Positions 43,291-50,147 of a stretch of 50,147 bases of DNA are shown piece after piece. The first letter of the stretch is position 1. Each line of letters opens with the position of its first letter. The translations under genes were made by a program, and so were the position numbers. Source of the DNA: Thermoanaerobaculia bacterium (lineage in GTDB: Bacteria; Acidobacteriota; Thermoanaerobaculia; UBA5066; Gp7-AA6); the NCBI GenBank assembly GCA_050745445.1, contig JBOGJN010000212.1:1-50147 (forward strand), written 5' to 3'. The notes under the pieces were generated by a model. That model was not told the DNA's origin and searched no databases. It worked only from the letters and a program-made list of their open reading frames with translations.

Positions 43291-45312
43291 ATGCGGATCG
43301 TAACCTCCAAGACTTCCGGCGCGTCTCTCTCGACGATGAGCAAAGAAACGAGAATCCCGGGCCTCTCGTCCCGAAGCGAGCATCCCGACTGGGCAGGGCT
43401 CTGGCTGTTGCTCGTCCTCGGCCTTCTCCTGATGCTTGCGGCGACCGTTTCACGGGCGGAGCCCGACGGCTTCACGGCGCAGCGGGTGGACCACTTCGGC
43501 GCGACACTCGGGCCTTCCTCCACCGTGCGGATCCAGAACATTTCGGGCGACATCCTGGCCTCCCCCGGCAAGGAGTTTTCCGCGACCGTCACGCTGACCG
43601 TGACCGCCCCGACACAGAAGCGGGCCGAAGAGGCTCTGGCGAAGACGAAGATCGAGCAGCAGCGGGACGACGATGAGTTCTCACTGGAGACTCGTTGGCC
43701 CGGCTCTCGCGGCTCCGACTTCGGCAGCCGGCGACACGGAGAGTCCCGCTGCCGCGACTGCAAGATCACCGCGAAGTACGAAGTCTTCCTTCCGCCCGGC
43801 GTGAACGCGGTACTCCACACGGTCAACGGAGAGGTCCACGTCCGCGAACTGGACGGGGAACTCGACCTCCAGAGCGTCAACGGGGACGTGCTGGCGCGAG
43901 GATCACGCCAGTCGGTCACGGCCCAGAGCGTCAACGGCAAGATCGACGTGGCCGCGCAGGCCCTACCGTCGGATGCCTCGCTGGAGCTGAAGACCGTCAA
44001 CGGAGCCGTCGTTCTGACGCTTCCGAAAGACGCCACATTCGAGCTTTCGGCCTCCACGATGAACGGCACGATCGCCTCGACCTTCCCCCTCCCCTTCCGT
44101 GGGGGGACTCCGGAGGCGGAGGAGCGTCACCTGCTGTCCAGGCCGCTGCTCAACGGCGCAGAGGCGCCGCGCAAGAAGGAGCCCGCCTCGGCTGCCCCGC
44201 GGCCGCCCCGGCACGTCACAGTGCGGGACCGGGAAGACGGGGGGGTCGAGGTGGATGTCCAGGAGATCGAGAGAGAAATCGAAGAGTCGATGAGGGAGAT
44301 CGAAGTCGAGATTCGGGAGTCGATGCACGAGCTGGATCGGGCCCAGCACGAATTGAGCCGCATAAGGATTCTCAACCCGCGGCGCGAGTACTCCGGCTCC
44401 ATTGGCCAGGGAGGGGCGAGCGTGAGCCTCTTGACCTTGAACGGCGCCATCAGCCTGCTGGCCGCGGGGACCAAGGAGAGCGACGCGAAGCCTCTCGTTT
44501 CACAGCGGCGCTCCATCGTCGTGACCGTCCCACCCGTACAGGTGAAGGTCATCAGGCCGGCTCCCGCGGCGCCGCCCGCTCCCCCGGCCCCACCGGCGCC
44601 TCCGGCGGCGCCCATGCCCCCCAAAGAGGGCGAGGACGTCGTTCGGGGAGACATCGCGGGGGACTTCTTCTCGACCTCCGGGCACGGGGATTACCACGTG
44701 GGGCACGTGAGCGGGAAGGCCAGGATCCTGACGCACTCGGGTGAGATTCGTGTGGCCTCCACCGGCGCAGACGCCGATCTGAAGACCTACGGAGGCGACG
44801 TCGTCATCGGCTCCGTCGGCGGAGACCTGAAGGCGCAGACGCTGGCCGGTGACATCCAGGCGCAGTCCGTCGCCGGCGGCGTCAGGGTGGAGACTTCGGG
44901 AGGAGACATCCGGATCGACCGCGTGAAGGCGTCCGCCGAGGCTCGCACGGCGGGCGGAGACATCGTTCTCTCTTCCGTCGGGGGCGGTGTGCAGGCGGAC
45001 ACGGCGGGCGGAGACGTCCGGGTGACCGTCGTCTCGCGGGAGGCAAGGGCTGGCGTCTCCATCCGCAACTCGGGCGGGGACGTGACGCTCACGCTGCCGG
45101 CCGACTTCCGCGGCGATGTGGATCTCGGGGTCTCCGGTTGTGCCGGGTTCGAAGAGACGCTGATCCACTCCGATTTTCCCGAGATCGCGCTGACGCGCAA
45201 GTCCGGCTCCCAGCACGCTTCGGGGACCTTGAACGGAGGCGGCTCGAAGGTGGTGGTGCGCGCGACTTCCGGCGAGATCCACCTTCGAAAGGGCCCGCCG
45301 GCCGGCTCCTAG
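43291..45312 (+). CDS. DUF4097 (putative adhesin/beta-helix) repeat protein with coiled-coil and Pro-rich linker
   Basis: N-terminal TM/signal GLWLLLVLGLLLMLAA. Two blocks of NG[DEK]I/V and GGD[IV] beta-helix repeats (e.g. TYGGDVVIGSVGGDLKAQTLAGDIQAQSVAGGVRVETSGGDIRI). Linker PAPAAPPAPPAPPAPPAAPMPP. Confidence 0.8.
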   Translation: MRIVTSKTSGASLSTMSKETRIPGLSSRSEHPDWAGLWLLLVLGLLLMLAATVSRAEPDGFTAQRVDHFGATLGPSSTVRIQNISGDILASPGKEFSATVTLTVTAPTQKRAEEALAKTKIEQQRDDDEFSLETRWPGSRGSDFGSRRHGESRCRDCKITAKYEVFLPPGVNAVLHTVNGEVHVRELDGELDLQSVNGDVLARGSRQSVTAQSVNGKIDVAAQALPSDASLELKTVNGAVVLTLPKDATFELSASTMNGTIASTFPLPFRGGTPEAEERHLLSRPLLNGAEAPRKKEPASAAPRPPRHVTVRDREDGGVEVDVQEIEREIEESMREIEVEIRESMHELDRAQHELSRIRILNPRREYSGSIGQGGASVSLLTLNGAISLLAAGTKESDAKPLVSQRRSIVVTVPPVQVKVIRPAPAAPPAPPAPPAPPAAPMPPKEGEDVVRGDIAGDFFSTSGHGDYHVGHVSGKARILTHSGEIRVASTGADADLKTYGGDVVIGSVGGDLKAQTLAGDIQAQSVAGGVRVETSGGDIRIDRVKASAEARTAGGDIVLSSVGGGVQADTAGGDVRVTVVSREARAGVSIRNSGGDVTLTLPADFRGDVDLGVSGCAGFEETLIHSDFPEIALTRKSGSQHASGTLNGGGSKVVVRATSGEIHLRKGPPAGS

Positions 45313-45337
45313 GCGATCGAGAGGCTCACGCCCAGCT

Positions 45338-46324
45338 TCACCGAATGCGAAGCACCTTCACTCGATCTATGTCCGCTTCATTTCCGAAGCCGAACCTGGG
45401 GTCATGGCGCTTGCCCCCCGAAAGGTAGTCGCGGATCCCGCTCCGGAACTCCCGCCAGGGCCCTTCGAAGACCGCGAGTGTCAGCGAGATGTCGGCCGCG
45501 TTGTCTCGCGAGAGGCTCGCGAGCTGGTCACGCGTCAGCGGCGGAGCCTCGAGCCACCCTTTTCGGGCCAGCCACTCGAAGCGGCCGGCCAGGAACCGTC
45601 CCCACCAGAGGGGAAAATGCACGAGAGGCTTGCGGGGCTTCCCAACCGCCATGGCGATCTCCCGATAGATTTCGTTTAAGGTCAGTGTCTGCGGGCCGCC
45701 GACCTCGAAGGCCCGGCCCACCGTCTCGGGCTTCTCGAGCGCGTCGGCAAACACGCGCGCGACGTCGTAGACCGAGACGGGCATGAATCTCGTGGTCCCC
45801 GGGCCGATGACAGGGATGAAGAGGGGGTTGTGCCTTACGATCGGGGCGAGAAGCGAGACGAAGCCGTCTCCCGGCCCGAAGATGATCGAAGGGCGGAAGA
45901 TCGTCCCGTCGAGTCCCGATGCCCGGACCACCTTCTCGCCGGCGGCTTTTGTCCGGCCATACTGCGACGGCGAGTCTTCGGAGGTCCCCATCGCGCTCAT
46001 GTGGAGGAGCCTGCGCACGCCGGCGCTGCGCGCCGCGCCGACGACGTTTTCCACCGCCACGCGATGCATCCGGTCGAAGCTCTGGCCCACCGTCTCGTGG
46101 ATGATTCCGACGAGGTGCACAACGGCTTCCCGCCCCGTGCAGGCCGCCGACAGAGAAGGGGGATCGAGCACGTCGCCGCGCAGGGTCTCGACCGGTCGGT
46201 TGTAGCGGTTGCGCGTTGCGGCCTCGGCGCGCGCGAGGATCGCGACCGCGTGACCTCGCCGCAGGAGCGCGTTGACCAGGTGTGTTCCCACAAAACCCGT
46301 TCCACCCGTCACCAGAACCTTCAA
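45338..46324 (-). CDS. NAD(P)-binding atypical SDR (NDUFA9/complex I 39 kDa-like epimerase family)
   Basis: The track ORF starts at ATG 46354, directly abutting the hairpin and with no SD. TTG at 46324 is preceded by AAGGGAGG and gives MKVLVTGGTGFVGTHLV, a typical Rossmann N-terminus. Confidence 0.85.
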   Translation of the reverse strand: MKVLVTGGTGFVGTHLVNALLRRGHAVAILARAEAATRNRYNRPVETLRGDVLDPPSLSAACTGREAVVHLVGIIHETVGQSFDRMHRVAVENVVGAARSAGVRRLLHMSAMGTSEDSPSQYGRTKAAGEKVVRASGLDGTIFRPSIIFGPGDGFVSLLAPIVRHNPLFIPVIGPGTTRFMPVSVYDVARVFADALEKPETVGRAFEVGGPQTLTLNEIYREIAMAVGKPRKPLVHFPLWWGRFLAGRFEWLARKGWLEAPPLTRDQLASLSRDNAADISLTLAVFEGPWREFRSGIRDYLSGGKRHDPRFGFGNEADIDRVKVLRIR

Positions 46325-46354
46325 CGTCCCTCCCTTTGCGGCACTGTCTATCAT

Positions 46355-46432
46355 GAGGACGTAGGACGTAGGTGGAAGGTGGTAGGCCCGCGACCCACGC
46401 CCTACCTCCTACGTCCTACCACCTACGTCCTC
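46355..46432. repeat. Imperfect inverted repeat built of NNGTAGG heptamers (GAGG ACGTAGG ACGTAGG TGGAAGG TGGTAGG ... CCCTACC TCCTACG TCCTACC ACCTACG TCCTC)
   Basis: Arms at 46355..46386 and 46400..46432. Same heptamer family as 20797..20874. Lies between the SDR start and the recG stop. Confidence 0.8.
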
Positions 46433-46436
46433 TTTC

Positions 46437-48467
46437 TCACGGCCAACCGAACAGACTGCTCACGATCTTCTCCCCGGCCTCCATGCGCCGGACCACCTCC
46501 CGGCGGGCTTCGCCGAGACGGGAGAGATCCTTGATGGGGTCGGCGACGCGCATGGTGGGAAGTCCGGACTGTCGGCTGCCCAGCAGATCCCCCGGCCCCC
46601 GCGCCTCCAGATCCTTCTCCGCGATCAGGAAGCCATCCGAGGTCTGTTCGAGAATCGCGAGCCGGCGTCGCGCCTCCTCTCCCGCGCGCGGACCGACGAC
46701 CAGGGCGCACCAGGAGGGGCGCGTGCTACGCCCGACGCGGCCGCGCAACTGGTGGAGCTGGGCCAGACCGAAGGTCTCGGCGTTCTCGACGACCATGAAC
46801 GTGGCTTGCGAAACGTCCACGCCCACCTCGACGACGGTCGTCGCGACGAGCAGGCCGACCGAGCCGCGGGCAAACTCGGAAAGCAACCGGGCACGCTCCT
46901 GCGGCTTCATCCGTCCGTGGAGCACACCCATCGGGATACCCGGCGCCGCGGCGGCGATTCGCCTGGCCGTTTCCCGCGTGGCCGCGACCTCCCGGGCGCC
47001 CCTTTCGATCGCGGGGACTACCACATAGACGCACTCTCCCATCCGGATCCGCTCCGCCGCGAACCTGTAGATCCTCTCGCGGCCGTCTTCACCCCGGACG
47101 CGCGTGATGACAGGTGAGCGACCCGGAGGCTTCTCGTCCAATACGGAGACATCCAGCTCTCCATAGATGGCCCAGGCGAGCGAGCGCGGGATGGGCGTCG
47201 CCGTCATGACGAGCACGTGGGGAGAGTCTCCCTTGTGGAAGAGGCGGGCGCGGTGAGCCACGCCGAAACGGTGTTGCTCGTCCACGACGACCAGACCAAG
47301 GTTGCGGAAACCGACGGGTGTCTCGACCAGGGCGTGGGTGCCGACGAGCACGTCGATCGTGCCGGCGGCGAGCGCCTCGAGCAACCTCCGTCTGGGCTCC
47401 GCGCGGACCCGCCCCGTCAGCAGCGCGACTCTGATGCCGGCCGGCTCCAGCCAGGCCGCAAGGTTCTGCGCATGCTGCTCGGCCAGGATCTCCGTCGGCG
47501 CCATCAGAGCGCCCTGCACCCGGTTCCTTGCGGCGAGCAGGAGCGAGAGTCCCGCCACGATCGTCTTGCCGCTGCCCACGTCCCCCTGGAGGAGCCGCGC
47601 CATCGCCCGACCCGAGCCGAGATCGGCCGCGATCTGAGAAAGAGCCCGCTCTTGCGCGTTGGTCAGGGTAAACGGCAGCGCGCCGGCAACGAGCCCTCGG
47701 AGCGCCTCGCTCCCGCGAATCACGACGCCGGGGCGTTGCCGGAGCCGCGCGCGCTTCTCCTCGATCCCCGCCGCCAGAACGAGCAGTTCCTCCTTCGCCA
47801 GGAGGCGGCGGCAACGCTCGGCCTCCTCCAGGGAGTCCGGGAAGTGAACCGCTTCCAGGGCCCGAAGCATCTGGCTGCCCGGGGCGGCGGCCGTCTCCAG
47901 GTCCGCCGAAAGGGAATCGAGCGTGCGCCGGATCAGAGTCCTCCAGACCCTCGGGGCGATGCCGGCCAGGCGGTGGTACACGCCCACAATCCGTCCCGAG
48001 TGGAGGGGATCCGCGTCCTCTCCCGGTTCGAAGAACTCCGTCTCCGGGTTCTCGATCTGGAGTTCACCCCGGGGCGTGATAACCGGTGTCCCATAGAGAA
48101 ACGCCGCGCGACCCTTCTCCGCGGCGGCGACGAACGATGGATACCGATTGTGCCAGACGACTCGCACCGCGCCGGTGGCATCGTCGGCCGCCGCCTCGAT
48201 CCGCAGAGTCCCGCGCCGCATGCGGGCCGAACGGACGCCGGTCAGACGCACGAGAAGCGTCGCCGTCTGGCCCGGCACGAGTGTGGCGACGGTGGCGTGA
48301 CGCCGGCGGTCTTCGTAGCGAAACGGAAGTGTGATCAGGAAATCGCCCACCGTGCGCACGCCGGATTCGGCCAGTCGTGCGGCCCGCATGGCTCCGATTC
48401 GGGGAATTCGTGAGACGTGGTCGGAGGGCTCGAGAGGCGCCGCTTGCGGGTCGCGCGGGAGGGTCAA
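46437..48467 (-). CDS. recG: ATP-dependent DNA helicase RecG
   Basis: TTG start. Wedge domain, Walker A LLQGDVGSGKTIVA, DEQH box VVDEQHRFG, and the TRG motif region. Confidence 0.95.
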   Translation of the reverse strand: MTLPRDPQAAPLEPSDHVSRIPRIGAMRAARLAESGVRTVGDFLITLPFRYEDRRRHATVATLVPGQTATLLVRLTGVRSARMRRGTLRIEAAADDATGAVRVVWHNRYPSFVAAAEKGRAAFLYGTPVITPRGELQIENPETEFFEPGEDADPLHSGRIVGVYHRLAGIAPRVWRTLIRRTLDSLSADLETAAAPGSQMLRALEAVHFPDSLEEAERCRRLLAKEELLVLAAGIEEKRARLRQRPGVVIRGSEALRGLVAGALPFTLTNAQERALSQIAADLGSGRAMARLLQGDVGSGKTIVAGLSLLLAARNRVQGALMAPTEILAEQHAQNLAAWLEPAGIRVALLTGRVRAEPRRRLLEALAAGTIDVLVGTHALVETPVGFRNLGLVVVDEQHRFGVAHRARLFHKGDSPHVLVMTATPIPRSLAWAIYGELDVSVLDEKPPGRSPVITRVRGEDGRERIYRFAAERIRMGECVYVVVPAIERGAREVAATRETARRIAAAAPGIPMGVLHGRMKPQERARLLSEFARGSVGLLVATTVVEVGVDVSQATFMVVENAETFGLAQLHQLRGRVGRSTRPSWCALVVGPRAGEEARRRLAILEQTSDGFLIAEKDLEARGPGDLLGSRQSGLPTMRVADPIKDLSRLGEARREVVRRMEAGEKIVSSLFGWP

Positions 48468-48498
48468 CCGCGTTTGCCGATGGCTCGAGTGGCCGGTC

Positions 48499-49278
48499 TC
48501 AATCCTCGGAGTCGTAGAAGGTCAACGACACCAGGCCGAACTTCAGAACGTCGCCGTTCTGGAGCGCGACGGGTGCTCCCGTGGCCAGCCGCTTCTCGTT
48601 GACGAACGTTCCGTTCATCACGCCGATCTCCTCCATGAAGTAGAAGGTGCCCCCCATCTGATAGATCTTGGCGTGCCGGCGCGAAGTGGAGCGCTGCGGA
48701 TCGAGCGGCGTCAAGTCCACATCGGGCGTAATCCCCGTCACGGGGTCCGCGCGTCCCACCAGGGTGTCCCCTTCGCGGTTCACGAAGAATTCCGCTTTTT
48801 CCTCGGACGCGACGAGGCGGTAGACGTCCCGGGGCGGCGAGGGTTTCGGTCGGATGGGCCGCTCCTCCTCGGCCACCTGCCGGCCCACGGCCTTCTCGAG
48901 CATCTCGGTCACCTCGCGCAGCCGGTGGGAAAGCTTGCGCATCATCCGGACCGCGATCTCGGCGTTGCTCTTGAGCATCGTGTCGAACATCGGACCGTTG
49001 ATCCGGACGACCTCGACGTCCGTCTTGGCGCGCGCCGACGCGGTTCGCGGGGCATCCTCCAGCACGCTCATCTCGCCGAAGAAGTCGCCTTTCTCGAGTG
49101 TGGCGAGCGTGCGTGTCTCGCCGCCGATGGACTTGACGAGTTCGACAGTTCCCGATTGAATGATGTACATCTCGGTTCCAATGTCGCCCTCGGAGAAGAT
49201 GATGTCCCCCATGGGGTGGCTGACGACGTAGCGCTCGAAAGGGTTGCGCGCCCCTCCTGACTTGAAAGCGGCTTTCAT
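48499..49278 (-). CDS. Cyclic-nucleotide-binding domain + FHA domain protein
   Basis: Trimmed to MKAAFKSGG at 49278. cNMP-binding GDFFGEMSVLEDAPRTASARA. C-terminal FHA (VGRADP...SRRHAKIY..GTFYFMEEIGVMNGTFVN). Confidence 0.85.
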   Translation of the reverse strand: MKAAFKSGGARNPFERYVVSHPMGDIIFSEGDIGTEMYIIQSGTVELVKSIGGETRTLATLEKGDFFGEMSVLEDAPRTASARAKTDVEVVRINGPMFDTMLKSNAEIAVRMMRKLSHRLREVTEMLEKAVGRQVAEEERPIRPKPSPPRDVYRLVASEEKAEFFVNREGDTLVGRADPVTGITPDVDLTPLDPQRSTSRRHAKIYQMGGTFYFMEEIGVMNGTFVNEKRLATGAPVALQNGDVLKFGLVSLTFYDSED

Positions 49279-49280
49279 GG

Positions 49281-50147
49281 CTATGCCACGCCGGAATCGA
49301 GGAAGGAGAGCGTGCCCGCTCCTTCCAGATCCAACACCACGCGGCTGCCGAGGGGAAGCGTGCGCGGATGCGGGAGGTGGCCGGCCGGCAAATCCATCGC
49401 GACCGGAAACGGAGCGCTTCGGAAGCGGTCGCGCAGGTACTCCCGAACCTGCTCCCGGGACTCTCTGCGCGTGTCGGGCACAACCGAGCCGATCAGAAGA
49501 CCCTGCACCCCGTCGAATGTACCCGAGCGTTCCAGCTGGGTCAACAGACGGTCGAGCCGGTAAGTCTCCTCCCCTGTGTCTTCGAAGAAGACGATGGTGC
49601 CCCGCCCCGAGAGCGCCTCCGGCGTGCCTGCGAGCGACGCCAGCAGCGAAAGACAGCCTCCGAGCAAGACTCCCTGCCCCCGTCCCGGCGCGAGAACATC
49701 CTCCGGTGCAAAGGTGTGCGGCACGGGAGTCTGACCCGAGAGCACCGCCTCCCAGTCGAGCTCCTCTGTGCTGTCCATCTCCACGGCGACCATGGGTCCG
49801 TAAAATGTCACCAGAGACGCCCCGCGTTGCAAGGAGCAGAAGAGCGCGGTCAGGTCGGAGCCACCCAGATGAATCTTCGGGTGGGAGCGCAACTCGTCGC
49901 TCTCGAGGCGATCGAGGACGCGCGTGGCGCCGTATCCCCCTCGGGCGAAAAAGATTGCGGCAACCTTCGGATCGCAGAGGAGCGCACGGTATCCCGCCGC
50001 GCGTTCTTCGTCGGTGCCGGCGAGGAAGCCACACCGCTTGCGAACATTGGGTGCCTCGAGAACTCCGTAGCCTTTGGCGCAGAGGTGCGCGATGCCGCGT
50101 TCGAGCTTCTGCGGGTCCACCGGTCCCGAGATCGCCGCCACGCCAAT
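49281..50147 (-). CDS. ldcA: LD-carboxypeptidase (peptidase S66, muramoyltetrapeptide carboxypeptidase-like), 5' end outside the window
   Basis: GFLAGTDEERAAGYRALLCDPKVAAIFFARGGYGATRVL and the C-terminal catalytic His context PAGHLPHPRTLPLG. The reading frame stays open to the window edge. Confidence 0.85.
   Translation of the reverse strand: MGVAAISGPVDPQKLERGIAHLCAKGYGVLEAPNVRKRCGFLAGTDEERAAGYRALLCDPKVAAIFFARGGYGATRVLDRLESDELRSHPKIHLGGSDLTALFCSLQRGASLVTFYGPMVAVEMDSTEELDWEAVLSGQTPVPHTFAPEDVLAPGRGQGVLLGGCLSLLASLAGTPEALSGRGTIVFFEDTGEETYRLDRLLTQLERSGTFDGVQGLLIGSVVPDTRRESREQVREYLRDRFRSAPFPVAMDLPAGHLPHPRTLPLGSRVVLDLEGAGTLSFLDSGVA

Overview
High-GC (roughly two-thirds G+C by eye) bacterial chromosomal segment from a diderm organism; lpxB, msbA and lptB are all present. 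I cannot assign a lineage from sequence alone. I call 50 CDS, 45 of them on the minus strand, many linked by 4-bp ATGA/TTGA start-stop overlaps. No rRNA, tRNA, CRISPR, IS element or prophage was recognised. Gene content is mostly housekeeping: parAB; miaB; a permease-less regulatory PTS in the rpoN neighbourhood (lptB-rpoN-hpf-ptsN-hprK-rapZ-EIIA(Man)-ptsH-ptsI); recJ, accA, priA, aspA, coaBC, rpoZ, gmk, msbA-lpxB, cmk-rpsA-ihfB-like, rluB, scpAB, recG. Many track ORFs are N-terminally over-extended or are antisense or alternate-frame shadows typical of GC-rich DNA, so I trimmed starts using conserved N-termini, SD sequences and stop/start overlaps. Four things deserve a second look. (1) A 354-aa Hint + LAGLIDADG intein interrupts a family-4 uracil-DNA glycosylase directly before the conserved CRPP cysteine (23503..24564). 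(2) At 8 intergenic loci there are elements built from tandem heptanucleotides, mostly as imperfect inverted arm pairs forming 25-33 bp stems. Each locus uses its own heptamer; two loci 25 kb apart share the NNGTAGG unit. (3) A translationally coupled operon encodes a radical-SAM enzyme, DUF547, MauE/DoxX and a START lipid-binding protein (38540..41587). It lies divergent from an ECF sigma / anti-sigma / DUF4097 module, and I tentatively read it as a membrane-lipid-modifying system. (4) A fused LptC-LptA-like 658-aa protein (12708..14684). All motif matches and repeat identities were counted by eye. No database search or folding calculation was run.
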